This document shows positions 8,954-19,066 of a DNA stretch of 64,000 nucleotides, piece after piece. The position numbers and the translations under genes were made by a program. The stretch's first letter is position 1. Each line of letters opens with the position of its first letter. A model generated the notes under the pieces. It had not been told where the DNA came from. It was given only the letters and a program-made list of their open reading frames with translations, and ran no database searches. Source of the stretch: a virus (taxonomy: Duplodnaviria > Caudoviricetes); IMG/VR virus record IMGVR_UViG_3300009129_001283, positions 357-64,356 of that record. One strand, given 5' to 3'.

Positions 8954-9201
8954 TACTTTTTCTCCTGCAAGGGTTTTAGTTCTTCTTCTAAAACCCTAAC
9001 TCTCTCCTGAAGTCTTCTTGCATGGCGACGGCACTGCTTGATACCCTCTTTTGCAATTGCTAGCCTTCTGGCTTCTTGCTTTGACGCAGGTTTAATACTA
9101 GAAAGGATTTCTCCCACATGCTGAATATACTCCAGCAAGCCGGGATTGTCAACCGACTCACCAATAAGAAACCTTCTAGTTATCTTGTCGTAATCAACCA
9201 T
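8953..9201 (-). CDS. hypothetical coiled-coil protein
   Basis: Coupled ORF. Confidence 0.6.
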   Translation of the reverse strand: MVDYDKITRRFLIGESVDNPGLLEYIQHVGEILSSIKPASKQEARRLAIAKEGIKQCRRHARRLQERVRVLEEELKPLQEKK

Positions 9202-9217
9202 TTATAATACTCCGTGT

Positions 9218-9433
9218 TTAAGCCTGCTTGTTGCTAACGGTGCCTTCCCATTTATTACTGCTCGAAAAGTCTAGAATTTCTTCTTCCTCTTCTTCTTCAA
9301 TAATATCTTCTTCCATAACAGGCTCCTCAATAACAACAACCTTCTTGGTAATAACTTCTGTTACTGTTTCTCTTTCCTGCTCTCGCAAGAGTACATTTCT
9401 TTTTCTATTTTTTCTTTGTTTTGCGCTTGGCAT
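9218..9433 (-). CDS. hypothetical, basic N-terminus and acidic C-terminus
   Basis: ORF in operon. Confidence 0.55.
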   Translation of the reverse strand: MPSAKQRKNRKRNVLLREQERETVTEVITKKVVVIEEPVMEEDIIEEEEEEEILDFSSSNKWEGTVSNKQA

Positions 9434-10580
9434 ATCTAATCACCACCTTTCGTTTTTTATTTTCTCGTAATAACCCTTCCTTAAAAGGGATATTATTAAT
9501 TTTAAATTCTCCCGCTAGTGCGACGAGAACTTGCTTGATAGCATCTGCGGGAATGTTACGACTCTTCATAATATCTTTGAGGGAACCTCCGCCCTTCATT
9601 TTCGTGTTCCCCACCGCAGCCGGACCTCTTGTCAAAGGTGCAGTTTTTGCATCGAGCTTCTCGTCGCCACCCTTTAGCTGCGGTGCGACTTTTGCATATT
9701 TGGAAAGAACGTTTTTTAAGCCCGTTGCTATGTCTGATGGGTTTGGTATTTTATCGTTTACCAGATCTGTAATTGCTATAATTACCTCTTCATATTCAGC
9801 TCTGTTGTTGATGAGAGCCATTTGCCTTAGCAGAGTGGGGTTCTTTCCAATGAAAGCTTGCAATCTCTTTGCATCAGAAGTTTTGTATCCACCGAGAGCC
9901 TGTTCAATGTCATTTTTAACTGCCTCTTCATTCATGCTTATTAATTTGTTTGTGAAGTTTGTCGCCGCAGGGAAGGTCCATTTAGCGTTGGTTTTCCAGT
10001 TGTTAAACTTTTTCCCACTGGGTGCGAAATATTTATCCATAGCTACAGCCAACTTCTTCAAATTAGCTGGCTCTACGCCGGGATAATCTTTAAGCCACTT
10101 GATAATACCCAAGGTATCAATCTTTCCTTTTTCTCCTGCTAGTTTTAGAGGAGGGTATTTATCGCCAGCTTCTTCTCCGCCTTCTTCATCTGGCTTTGCA
10201 TCTGGGCCTGCTGTGGGCCCTCCAGTTTGTTCTCCAGACTCATCATCACCCGAAGTAGCGTCTTGGATCGCTTTCATTATAACAGCTACTTTTTCTCTTG
10301 AGTCGCGGGTTTTACTTAGTGCTGCGGTTGTGTTTGCAATAGCATCGGCATCTAAATCTTTACCCAGCGCCCTTGCAGCGGCCACGGCAATGTTGGCGGC
10401 CTTATCTGGGTCTTCTTCTTTTGCGGCGGCCTTTACAGCATCTTCCGCCCTTTCAACATCTGGGCTTGCTGTTGGAGCTTCCTCGTTCTTTGGTGCACTT
10501 TTAAAAGTAACACCAACTCCCTCAAGAAGCAAATCAAAAAGCTTTTCGTTTCTTTTATTTAATAGCTTGTGTTTTTTCAT
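9405..10580 (-). CDS. hypothetical with MKKHKLLNKRNEKL leader
   Basis: Leader shared with the two upstream genes. Confidence 0.7.
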   Translation of the reverse strand: MKKHKLLNKRNEKLFDLLLEGVGVTFKSAPKNEEAPTASPDVERAEDAVKAAAKEEDPDKAANIAVAAARALGKDLDADAIANTTAALSKTRDSREKVAVIMKAIQDATSGDDESGEQTGGPTAGPDAKPDEEGGEEAGDKYPPLKLAGEKGKIDTLGIIKWLKDYPGVEPANLKKLAVAMDKYFAPSGKKFNNWKTNAKWTFPAATNFTNKLISMNEEAVKNDIEQALGGYKTSDAKRLQAFIGKNPTLLRQMALINNRAEYEEVIIAITDLVNDKIPNPSDIATGLKNVLSKYAKVAPQLKGGDEKLDAKTAPLTRGPAAVGNTKMKGGGSLKDIMKSRNIPADAIKQVLVALAGEFKINNIPFKEGLLRENKKRKVVIRYAKRKTKKK

Positions 10581-10584
10581 CTTC

Positions 10585-11205
10585 TTACAAACCTGTTAGC
10601 TTTGCGTTCATCTTCGCGTTTTTCTCCGCTCTCTTGTTGTGGCCCACCAGAGCTTGTCCAATGCGCTGAAGTTGATCCACAGAGAAATTTTGCAAAGTTT
10701 TAAGGGAAATCGCCGATGGTTCTGTCTCTGTTTGCTCGCCTTTTCTTTGCTTAATAATCAGACCTACATCATTGAGTACCCAAGCGTTTATGTCACCTTT
10801 TTCCGACGCATTTTTCCAAGCATTTATAATTCTATTGGCCATAGCATCTGCCTCTGCATTCATTGCTTCAGCATCTTCTTCCAACTTTCCTTCAATAAAC
10901 TCTCTAATTTCTTTTTTTAGTTTAACTGGTTCTGCCTGAGCTCCTCTACCGAAAAATCTCTGCCGCATGCCCACCGACAAAGTGTCTTCGCCAGAAAGCA
11001 CAGAAGCCAAATAATCAATGCTAGTATCAAGGTCTTCGAGAGTATCTAGTTTATTGCTGATTTGCTTCAAGAGATTGAGTTCTTCCGAACTTTCTTCTTC
11101 TTTTTCTTCTTCGGGCAGTGCATGCCTGAGTGTCAAGCCTTGGTTTTCAAAAAGCTTGTTGAGCAGTTTTTCGTTTCTGCCGTTCCATAGTTTATGTCGT
11201 TTCAT
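10585..11205 (-). CDS. hypothetical with MKRHKLWNGRNEKLLNKLFENQGL leader
   Basis: Shared leader. Confidence 0.7.
   Translation of the reverse strand: MKRHKLWNGRNEKLLNKLFENQGLTLRHALPEEEKEEESSEELNLLKQISNKLDTLEDLDTSIDYLASVLSGEDTLSVGMRQRFFGRGAQAEPVKLKKEIREFIEGKLEEDAEAMNAEADAMANRIINAWKNASEKGDINAWVLNDVGLIIKQRKGEQTETEPSAISLKTLQNFSVDQLQRIGQALVGHNKRAEKNAKMNAKLTGL
11138..11205 (-). repeat. 68-bp direct repeat, copy A (leader-coding)
   Basis: 59/68 identical to 11719-11786 by manual alignment. Confidence 0.85.
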
Positions 11206-11786
11206 TGTTCCTCTCCCGTTGGTAGTTTGACCTCTAGTGAGGGTGCAATCTTTTGAACCTTCGACGGCATATCCGTCTGAATTTTATAAAACTTATCATC
11301 AAGAGTCTTAACCCAAATTGTTTTTACCTCATCGAAGTTGAAAGTATCTAACGGGATAATAATATTTTCAGGTTTTATTCCGTGATCCTTATTGAATACA
11401 TATTTGTAATGAAGCTCTTCGGTATCTGCGATAATAATACCTTGTTTCATTTGAGCAATAGCAGTCCTTTTTTCGGGACCATCTGGCATTGCCATTATCT
11501 TTTCCATTTCTGCTTTCTCGTATTCCTTCTTGTTGCTCCCAAGAACACTTTTAATTATTGGCTTATCAGTGGCAGAATCATATATGCCCCTGCCATAATC
11601 ATTATCCTCTTTATTTCGCCCACTTTTCGCTCTATTTTGATCCGTCTTCCAGTCCTCTCTGGTAACTGTCTGATCGAGCGCAGTTCTTTCACTTAGAACC
11701 TTGCTCTCATATTTCAGCCCTTGGTTTTCAAAAAGCTTGTTAAGCAATCTTTCGTTTCTAGTGTTTAATAGCTTATGTCGTTTCAT
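11202..11786 (-). CDS. hypothetical with MKRHKLLNTRNERLLNKLFENQGL leader
   Basis: Start re-assigned to 11786 (ATGA overlap, matches leader). Confidence 0.7.
   Translation of the reverse strand: MKRHKLLNTRNERLLNKLFENQGLKYESKVLSERTALDQTVTREDWKTDQNRAKSGRNKEDNDYGRGIYDSATDKPIIKSVLGSNKKEYEKAEMEKIMAMPDGPEKRTAIAQMKQGIIIADTEELHYKYVFNKDHGIKPENIIIPLDTFNFDEVKTIWVKTLDDKFYKIQTDMPSKVQKIAPSLEVKLPTGEEQ
11719..11786 (-). repeat. 68-bp direct repeat, copy B
   Basis: 59/68 identical to 11138-11205. Confidence 0.85.
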
Positions 11787-12172
11787 CGTTGACTCCCGTA
11801 TTTTATTCCATCTTCCCAATCTCTGAGGAGACAGCTACCTTCTAAGTAGGCTTCTTTTTCCATTAATCTCAAATGTTCGTTGTTCTGCATATACCCCTCT
11901 GTTGCAGGACCAGCGTTATCAAACTCGCCTCGACAGTTTTGTGCATGATGTACCAGCTCGTGTGCGAGAGAACGCATACAGTCTTTCGGCTGTCTGTTTG
12001 TTGTGTATATCACAATCTTGTTTTCGGCAGGAGAGTAATGAGCAGTCATTCCCAATAATAGTTTGGCATTTTCAGGGTCATGACGCAATATAACTCTCAC
12101 AGGCTTGTTGTAGCCAAGAGCTTCTTGTGCATACGGAACGAATTCTTTTATCATATCTTTTAAATCTTTCAT
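11783..12172 (-). CDS. zincin-like metallopeptidase
   Basis: SLAHELVHHAQ (HExxH) and downstream EKEAY. Confidence 0.7.
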   Translation of the reverse strand: MKDLKDMIKEFVPYAQEALGYNKPVRVILRHDPENAKLLLGMTAHYSPAENKIVIYTTNRQPKDCMRSLAHELVHHAQNCRGEFDNAGPATEGYMQNNEHLRLMEKEAYLEGSCLLRDWEDGIKYGSQR

Positions 12173-12177
12173 CAATA

Positions 12178-12184
12178 TAAATAG
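12178..12184 (-). promoter_or_regulatory. putative late-promoter motif CTATTTA
   Basis: 5 nt before ATG at 12172. Confidence 0.55.
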
Positions 12185-12188
12185 TATT

Positions 12189-12524
12189 TTATAGTGCTAC
12201 TTGCACCAAAATAATGATTATACACAACACAAGGCATATTCCGGTCTTAATTGTTATGGCTTCCCCAAGAAAAAAATAGGTCATAAAGGTGAAGACAATT
12301 GTCCCAATAGTAAAGCCCATGATGCGACAGGGCCAAAGATTCTCTTCGAAAACTTCATAGCCCATTTTTGTTGCCTGAATAAAGATATAAGAAAATGGGA
12401 TGCCAAAAAGACTTAATAGTAGGGTGTTGTCTCTAAAGCTTTTCCATATGAGTTGGCCACTGCTTTGTAGCCAAACAAGGATATGACCCAAGAATACCAG
12501 CCCAACAAATGTAAGAAGTTTCAT
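12189..12524 (-). CDS. small 4-TM membrane protein (SMR/DMT-like)
   Basis: Four hydrophobic helices; FFLGEAIT motif. Confidence 0.55.
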   Translation of the reverse strand: MKLLTFVGLVFLGHILVWLQSSGQLIWKSFRDNTLLLSLFGIPFSYIFIQATKMGYEVFEENLWPCRIMGFTIGTIVFTFMTYFFLGEAITIKTGICLVLCIIIILVQVAL

Positions 12525-15500
12525 TACGCACCCATTCCAGGCGGTGCGCTTTTACTCCTTTTAGTTGGTGGTTTCTTTATGCCATCTTCTTTGTGTTTGT
12601 TGCCGCCCTTTGTAAGAAGCCTTACTTTCATTGTTCTATGCTTCTCCTTCTTGGCTGGGCTTTTCTGATAGTCTTGTGCTTCCTGTGCGGGAACTGGTTG
12701 TCCCAACGTTGCACCCACTGGCGCTCCTGTTTGAACACCGGGAGATACCTTGTCAGGATCGTGTTTCATAGTCCTTCTAATCTGAGATGGGTTTTTGCTT
12801 ATCCATCTTTCAACAGTAGCTTGCAAAGCAGCTTTAAAGAGAGGAAAGTTTTTATCTACAATTCTCAAGCCAGACATAATGTCGTCCACTTCTTCCTCTG
12901 CTAGTTTAGATAAATGCAGCCTAATATCTATCATACCTTTTGTGTGGAAAACTATCATATAAGTTACCAAGTCAGTTGATCTGGCTATATATTCAAAACG
13001 CTCAAGCCTGTCGTCTGCAGACCTTCCAGCCGTATCTTCTTTATCTTGCCAAGGATCTCCCTCTTCAAAACCAGGAAGCGAAGGCTGCCTAGCGATCAAC
13101 TCTCGAAGTACTTTCAAGCTCCTGCGTAAAATTTGCTGCATGCCGGAATGGTTGGGCCTATCTCCAATAAGTTGTGTCTTGCCCATCTGGACATCTTTGG
13201 GTGGCGGGAAATCTATACTAAAGGTGATTTCTGCGTCGTCGGGATCAAAATTTATAATGTGAAGACTTTTAAAATGAGACTCAAACTCTTCTTGCATTTC
13301 TTCTGCGGTCTTATCTTCTTCGTCTTCCTCACTGTCAGGATCATAGAGTCCAGTCACTACCGCACTGTCGCCAGAGCCATACAATAATTTATCGTATTTT
13401 GTCAAGGGCAAGATGCCATACTCTACAAGGCCAGTTCTTACTTTTCCCTTAATTTTATCATAGTTATTGTCAACTCCATAGATGACATTATCCCAAAAAT
13501 TATCAACATCGTCGAGTCCACCTTCGTCATAAAATGTTGCATAGCCGGAGATGCGAACTTTTACAGTAGACTGCCCAGTACTTATATCAATATTTTCATA
13601 GTTTTCATGGCTGTTATCTCCACCATAGTCACTGCCGCCAACACTGACATTGCCATTGGCATCGTTAAATAACTCTCCTATTAGGTCATACCCATCTCTG
13701 GACATGTCTTCTTCTCCTCTGAAGGCCCCACGTTCGTAAATAAACGAAACAGTGTATTGCGTATTGAGGGTCGTTGTGTCGTAGTCGTCATACACATCCC
13801 ATACAAGATCTATATGTTGAGCATAATCAAGCCTTGCCGCAGCTCCCTCGTGTATCTCTTTCATTCTAGCTTCAAGATCTACATGCTCATATTCGAATAC
13901 AACATCAAATCTGTCGTCCAGCCCCTTGGCGCTCAAAACCTCTTTTAACTTGTCGTGCAGCTTCTCGAATTCTTCACCACGCAATGGCGTGTCTGTGACA
14001 TCCATAAATGCTGGGCAGCCTGAGTCGCAACCATAGGCAAATTGGAATCTGTCGCCGCTGTCTTCAGGATCATCTGCGGTTTTGCCGGGTGTATGAATAA
14101 AAAATAGAGGATCATCTCTCCCGTTATAATACGTCTTGAAATAATCTAATCCTGGAGATGCGGTGCACCAGTTTGTTTCTTTGCCAAGAATACAAGCAGC
14201 ACCCTTATTATGAGCAGCGGCTAAAACCCATCCCTCACTATCAGGTACAAACAAGGGAATGCCCCTTTCATTTCGAAGGATTATAGGATCACCATTGCGA
14301 TCTAAAATTTTCTTGCCGCCCTCGTCAGTTTCGTATTGATAGTCTCCTGTAAAGAACTCAGTTCCTTTGACCGCACTGGCTCCCATCTTCCTATCATTCT
14401 CTGCATCAATAGCAGCCTTGCCTTTTAAAACAATGTCACTTAACATCTCTGGCGTAGTGATCTTTCCTATATCGGTTACTTTCATGTGCCTTGGGTGTTG
14501 AAAGAAAGTCTCGAAGTTTTGTCGAACGCCCATGAGATCTCGGTTAGATAAAATATATTCACTACCAATAACTCTATCTCTTGCACTGGTGGCTGTCTTT
14601 AAATATCTTAACCACCAATATATTACTTGTGCTCGGTTTGAATCCCGAATAGACCGGTATTTTTCCGGCTCATGAGTTCTAGAAATATTACCAGGAACAA
14701 CATCAGATGGAGTAAGTGTTTTTTCTATTTTGCTCGCCATGCTGCCTTGTAACTTTTTTAAGTTGTCACCCGGCTCATTGCCTTGGTCAAAGTTATAACT
14801 CTTAACCAGTTTCTTTCCGGCCTTTCCGTAAAGGGAGTTCATTGCGTCGTCAAGACTGACTTCTTGCAATAAATTAGTTTCTTGCAATATCTCCGTCCCT
14901 GTTAGTTTGGCTAAGATTCTTCCTTCACGGCTCATATTGTTTTTCTCCTCTTGCAGCATGCTCATAATATCAGCAACTGCTTTTTCATCTTCTTCTTTCT
15001 CGACTTCCGGTGGGCGGCGAGGGTTATCGCGGAGCCACATATAAGCAAGGCTGTCTATCTCTTCTTTAGCCCACTTGTCCGTTTTGTCCGGGAACGGATC
15101 AGCAGAAGGTCCAGTAACATTCGGTGCATTGGAATCAAGAGAGTTCGCATAATTCTTTATGTCATTTATAACTCCCTGATATATTTTTCCAAGACTAAGA
15201 CCTATATCCGCGAAGTCTCCACCTTGGTCAGATATTTTCATAGACCAAGGCATAAAGATATCAAGGTATGATGTCATTATACCTTTTTCGTTCGGCGGGA
15301 ACTGCCTTAGCTCCACTCTCGGTGTTGGAATTCTAAAACTAAAAGCTCTGGTGATGTTCACGCTATCTGGTGCCTTGTTGTCTGCCACCGTCTTTGCTTC
15401 GTGATAAGTGTGGCCACCAATTACCTCTGCTCTAAGTGCCAGTTGTTGCAGTTCCATTTCTCTATTCACAAAAGTTACAAAGTCTTGTTGCCTTCTTTTA

Positions 15501-17464
15501 TCTTGCGTGTGGAATTCCTTATCACCCGTCTTCTCTACATAATCACCAATGCCGCTTGGCATTGGAACAAATATCCAAGACTTAACAGGAATATAAAGTC
15601 TTCCAACCTCTACTTCGGGAGTACCCAAATAAGCATAGCCAACGGGCTTATCATATCCCGACCTAAACTTATCCATAATCTCGCCGTGATATTTATCCTC
15701 AAGTTCCCTACCAAGTTTGCCAAACGCATCATCCATATCCCTTTTCACAGAGGCCGACGGGTTTGGGTTTTCCTCGTTATCATCGTCTATTGTATCGAGC
15801 AGTGCATCCACTGTCATTTTAACTTTATCTTCTTCGACGCCCCAAACTTTAAGAGCATCCTCAAGGAACGCGATGTCGTGTTCTTTGTCTTCTGCATCAA
15901 ATATTTGCATTGGCTTGTTCGAATGAACCACGATAGCAACTTTGTCAAAGCGAGTTCTTTTTGGAGCAGGAGCTTTCTTCTTTCCTTTCTCTGGTTTTTC
16001 TTCTCGCCCAATATACGGAAGTAACTTATGATACGACTTGACAAGGTTTATGACCCTGTTACGAGCAAATATTTCTCTTCTTCCGCTAATCTTACCTTCA
16101 TCGTCCAGTACAACTATATCATTTGCATTCTTAACCATCCAGGCTAAATACTTGTTTTTTCCGGAAGGATCTTCTTGTGACATCTTGTCGATGCCCCTTG
16201 GACCACTATATGTCGTGTTCCAGTCTGCATAATCTGATAGAACCCATTGAGGGTATTTCTTTTTTAAGTCTTCGAGCTTGCCTTCGAATAAGTCGTCGAA
16301 CTGAGCATGGAAATCCTCCTTCTCCTTATCGGACATATTACCTGCTCTGCTAGCATCAACGCTTTTCGGGAGAAGATAATATAGTGTCACCCCCCATCGG
16401 TGATAGTATCTGTTAAACTGATTTCCTTGGGCGTCTGTTGCCGCAGTACACCACCTGGTGCCAGCCCCATAAGAACAAGAAGCTCTCCTCGTTTTGGGTA
16501 CAACAATTTGAATTTTATCTTCCAGCCAGTCAACACTAGGAACTTTTCTATATTGGTCAGCAGGAATCTTCCTGGCCAGCTTTTTGTCATCAGATGCCTT
16601 CTTCATGGCTTGTGCATCCCGAACAAGATCTTCCATCTCTTTGGGGGTGAGAGTGGTGTGGTCTTTTGGGTTTGGCTTCTTTGCCTCGTTCGTAGCCACA
16701 TTCCTACCAACAATTCTTCTGGTTACGCTTGCTAGGACCTCGGCAGCATACTGAACACTGCCGACAAGTGGTCCAATAAAACCAAGCCAGGTTTTTACAT
16801 CGAAAAGGCTATCCTGCACCACTTTACTTATGTCCGAGTTCAAGACAAGATCTATTAATTTGTCTTTTAACGCACCACCGCTCTTTATGCTATCTACCAC
16901 TTCTTTTATTTTGTCCGAAATATATTTGCATATGATGAGCACAGTACTGCCAGCCATCATCTTCACCCAGCTCATGTCTAAGCCGTTATAAAATTTTACA
17001 AGAACATCAATTTTTTTAGATAAACCGTCTGCAATAGGTGTATCGGGCACAAGCTTCTCAAGAGTGCTTTTCATTGCGCCAACTAATCTTGTCATTTCAC
17101 GATGGAGATATTTGGAGAATATATCAATAGCTTTTCCTGTTTTATCTGTCATCATGTCGTAAAATGCTTGAAGCAAATTTTTAACTTCGCCTGCGCTTTT
17201 CTTGATGCTGGTAGCCAAGTTTGAAATAAAGTTTTCTAGAATTAAATGTTCGGAAAGAATTATCTCTCTCAGAGTGTCGTCGATAACAACCTCGCCAGAC
17301 TCATTCACTGGTAATGCAATGCCAAGAACATTTTGTATGTATTGATGGTTTTCAAGAACCTTTTTGTTGTCTGGCTTTTTATAAAGCTTTTTCCCGTTTA
17401 TTCTGCGCCAGTCAGTCTCTGTTTTTTTGATAAGTTTGTTAAATATTTCTTCTTCGATGCTCAT
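12524..17464 (-). CDS. large multidomain protein with two G-x2-T-x-WCTA domains, probable virion/internal protein
   Basis: ASCSYGAGTRWCTAA and AACILGKETNWCTAS; domains separated by L-x-E-rich linkers. Confidence 0.7.
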   Translation of the reverse strand: MSIEEEIFNKLIKKTETDWRRINGKKLYKKPDNKKVLENHQYIQNVLGIALPVNESGEVVIDDTLREIILSEHLILENFISNLATSIKKSAGEVKNLLQAFYDMMTDKTGKAIDIFSKYLHREMTRLVGAMKSTLEKLVPDTPIADGLSKKIDVLVKFYNGLDMSWVKMMAGSTVLIICKYISDKIKEVVDSIKSGGALKDKLIDLVLNSDISKVVQDSLFDVKTWLGFIGPLVGSVQYAAEVLASVTRRIVGRNVATNEAKKPNPKDHTTLTPKEMEDLVRDAQAMKKASDDKKLARKIPADQYRKVPSVDWLEDKIQIVVPKTRRASCSYGAGTRWCTAATDAQGNQFNRYYHRWGVTLYYLLPKSVDASRAGNMSDKEKEDFHAQFDDLFEGKLEDLKKKYPQWVLSDYADWNTTYSGPRGIDKMSQEDPSGKNKYLAWMVKNANDIVVLDDEGKISGRREIFARNRVINLVKSYHKLLPYIGREEKPEKGKKKAPAPKRTRFDKVAIVVHSNKPMQIFDAEDKEHDIAFLEDALKVWGVEEDKVKMTVDALLDTIDDDNEENPNPSASVKRDMDDAFGKLGRELEDKYHGEIMDKFRSGYDKPVGYAYLGTPEVEVGRLYIPVKSWIFVPMPSGIGDYVEKTGDKEFHTQDKRRQQDFVTFVNREMELQQLALRAEVIGGHTYHEAKTVADNKAPDSVNITRAFSFRIPTPRVELRQFPPNEKGIMTSYLDIFMPWSMKISDQGGDFADIGLSLGKIYQGVINDIKNYANSLDSNAPNVTGPSADPFPDKTDKWAKEEIDSLAYMWLRDNPRRPPEVEKEEDEKAVADIMSMLQEEKNNMSREGRILAKLTGTEILQETNLLQEVSLDDAMNSLYGKAGKKLVKSYNFDQGNEPGDNLKKLQGSMASKIEKTLTPSDVVPGNISRTHEPEKYRSIRDSNRAQVIYWWLRYLKTATSARDRVIGSEYILSNRDLMGVRQNFETFFQHPRHMKVTDIGKITTPEMLSDIVLKGKAAIDAENDRKMGASAVKGTEFFTGDYQYETDEGGKKILDRNGDPIILRNERGIPLFVPDSEGWVLAAAHNKGAACILGKETNWCTASPGLDYFKTYYNGRDDPLFFIHTPGKTADDPEDSGDRFQFAYGCDSGCPAFMDVTDTPLRGEEFEKLHDKLKEVLSAKGLDDRFDVVFEYEHVDLEARMKEIHEGAAARLDYAQHIDLVWDVYDDYDTTTLNTQYTVSFIYERGAFRGEEDMSRDGYDLIGELFNDANGNVSVGGSDYGGDNSHENYENIDISTGQSTVKVRISGYATFYDEGGLDDVDNFWDNVIYGVDNNYDKIKGKVRTGLVEYGILPLTKYDKLLYGSGDSAVVTGLYDPDSEEDEEDKTAEEMQEEFESHFKSLHIINFDPDDAEITFSIDFPPPKDVQMGKTQLIGDRPNHSGMQQILRRSLKVLRELIARQPSLPGFEEGDPWQDKEDTAGRSADDRLERFEYIARSTDLVTYMIVFHTKGMIDIRLHLSKLAEEEVDDIMSGLRIVDKNFPLFKAALQATVERWISKNPSQIRRTMKHDPDKVSPGVQTGAPVGATLGQPVPAQEAQDYQKSPAKKEKHRTMKVRLLTKGGNKHKEDGIKKPPTKRSKSAPPGMGA

Positions 17465-18048
17465 TATACTTCCTTATTATAAAATAGTTCGTGCTTGCCA
17501 AACTTCGGCGTATCGAACATATCTACTTTTTCTATTTCAATTTTTGCTGCGGCAACATATTCACAATGGTATATATCTGCTGAGTCTATCATCCATTCAT
17601 TCTTCTTGGTTTTGTTTGGCAGCCGATAGTCACACCAATATTCTTGCCCGTCTTTCTCATATATGCACAGTGCGTGAGCAGACATTAGGCCGTTGCCTTT
17701 CTTGAGCATGGAATAATAACCAAACCAAACACGGTCAACGAGGTTGGACTTCTTCAATACAGTGGCCCAATAGATGGCATGATCATCGCAGTCACCAAAA
17801 GGTTTCTCACTGTCAATGTTATCTTGCAGCCTCGTGGGATGAGTTAAATAATCAAACACCCCATTCAGCGGATCTTTTTTATATTTCGTTCCCCAATCAA
17901 AAAACTCCGGAATATCGTATATGTTTTCCGCCTTTCTCAGCATCACATTCTTTCTGGTTAAGCACATGGTAAGGGTATACCATGCCTTAGAAGCAAATAC
18001 ATTTAGGAAGAATAATTTCTTTGCGATATATATTTTTATTTTCTTCAT
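17464..18048 (-). CDS. transglutaminase-like/papain-fold cysteine protease
   Basis: GDCDDHA, AHA and WCD candidate catalytic triad. Confidence 0.6.
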   Translation of the reverse strand: MKKIKIYIAKKLFFLNVFASKAWYTLTMCLTRKNVMLRKAENIYDIPEFFDWGTKYKKDPLNGVFDYLTHPTRLQDNIDSEKPFGDCDDHAIYWATVLKKSNLVDRVWFGYYSMLKKGNGLMSAHALCIYEKDGQEYWCDYRLPNKTKKNEWMIDSADIYHCEYVAAAKIEIEKVDMFDTPKFGKHELFYNKEV

Positions 18049-18054
18049 GATATA

Positions 18055-18061
18055 TAAATAG
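18055..18061 (-). promoter_or_regulatory. putative late-promoter motif CTATTTA
   Basis: 6 nt before ATG at 18048. Confidence 0.55.
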
Positions 18062-18065
18062 TTTT

Positions 18066-18287
18066 TTAATATACAACTTCTAAAAAGTTTTTGTACATGA
18101 AGCAGGAATAGGGCTTTTGATCAAAACTATATGGTGTGTCTGGCCGCCAAAGCCAACTCACTTTAATCATTCTTGGATCTGTTGTTCGTACTGGGTTTGC
18201 TACTACGATGCCATATCTCTTTGGAGAGTTTTTGCTACTCACGAGAGTTCCGACTCGAAACATATCAGCATCTTGGACTAAATTCAT
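18066..18287 (-). CDS. small GDLV-type (SH3/KOW-like) protein
   Basis: FRVGTLV...YGIVV...KVSW. Confidence 0.6.
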   Translation of the reverse strand: MNLVQDADMFRVGTLVSSKNSPKRYGIVVANPVRTTDPRMIKVSWLWRPDTPYSFDQKPYSCFMYKNFLEVVY

Positions 18288-18549
18288 TTATCTCAACTCC
18301 CATTGCCCACAAGTTAAATAAAAGTTCTTCATATTCTTTTTCGGTCAAAACGAACATCAAGTAGCACATAAATTCTTTGGCATCAGTTTTACAAAGCGTC
18401 TCTATATGAAAGCATACAAAAGTTATAATTTCGAGATCAAAGGTTTCCGGAATATCAGGAAAACTATCAACCGGAATGTTAAACCTATATTTGGATATTT
18501 CCCTCTTTACTCTGGCTATTTTTTCTTTTCTAGTTTCCGTCATCGTCAT
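18265..18549 (-). CDS. hypothetical
   Basis: ORF in operon. Confidence 0.55.
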   Translation of the reverse strand: MTMTETRKEKIARVKREISKYRFNIPVDSFPDIPETFDLEIITFVCFHIETLCKTDAKEFMCYLMFVLTEKEYEELLFNLWAMGVEINEFSPRC

Positions 18550-19066
18550 TTACTAGGGTTCCATAATAATCATCTAATTCTTCATCGGTCATCCATTCTG
18601 TTGGGATGAAGTGGGACGTGTCGAGAGTTTGTTTTCCAGGAAGAGGAATCATTTCTTTGGTTACTACATCTTCCCAATCTGAATACAGTTCGTCATCGTC
18701 ATCATCAATACATATCTCCTCGCAAACTTTTTCGGGCTCAGAAAAGACATCTCTCAAAATATCGTCTCTAAGTTTTTTACAAAGCTTTTCATTTTTCTGC
18801 AACTGGTCGCATGCCCTTTTAATACTCTCGTCGTATATTATATCATATTTCTTTACCTTAATACAATATCTATCAAGTGCCCATGCTTCTCTACTATTAT
18901 ATTTGATTCTCAAAAATACAACACCCTTATGAGTTTTGCTTTCCTTTGTTTCCATGATCTCGCAAGCCTTGCCGATCATGCTGTTGTTCCCCTGACGCCA
19001 ATGCTTCCACCACATTATTTGCTTCGAGAGTTCAACCCAGTCACCTTTATAAAAAGTTGCCATCAT
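18530..19066 (-). CDS. hypothetical, N-terminal GDLV-type domain and acidic tail
   Basis: FYKGDWVEL. Confidence 0.6.
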   Translation of the reverse strand: MMATFYKGDWVELSKQIMWWKHWRQGNNSMIGKACEIMETKESKTHKGVVFLRIKYNSREAWALDRYCIKVKKYDIIYDESIKRACDQLQKNEKLCKKLRDDILRDVFSEPEKVCEEICIDDDDDELYSDWEDVVTKEMIPLPGKQTLDTSHFIPTEWMTDEELDDYYGTLVNDDDGN

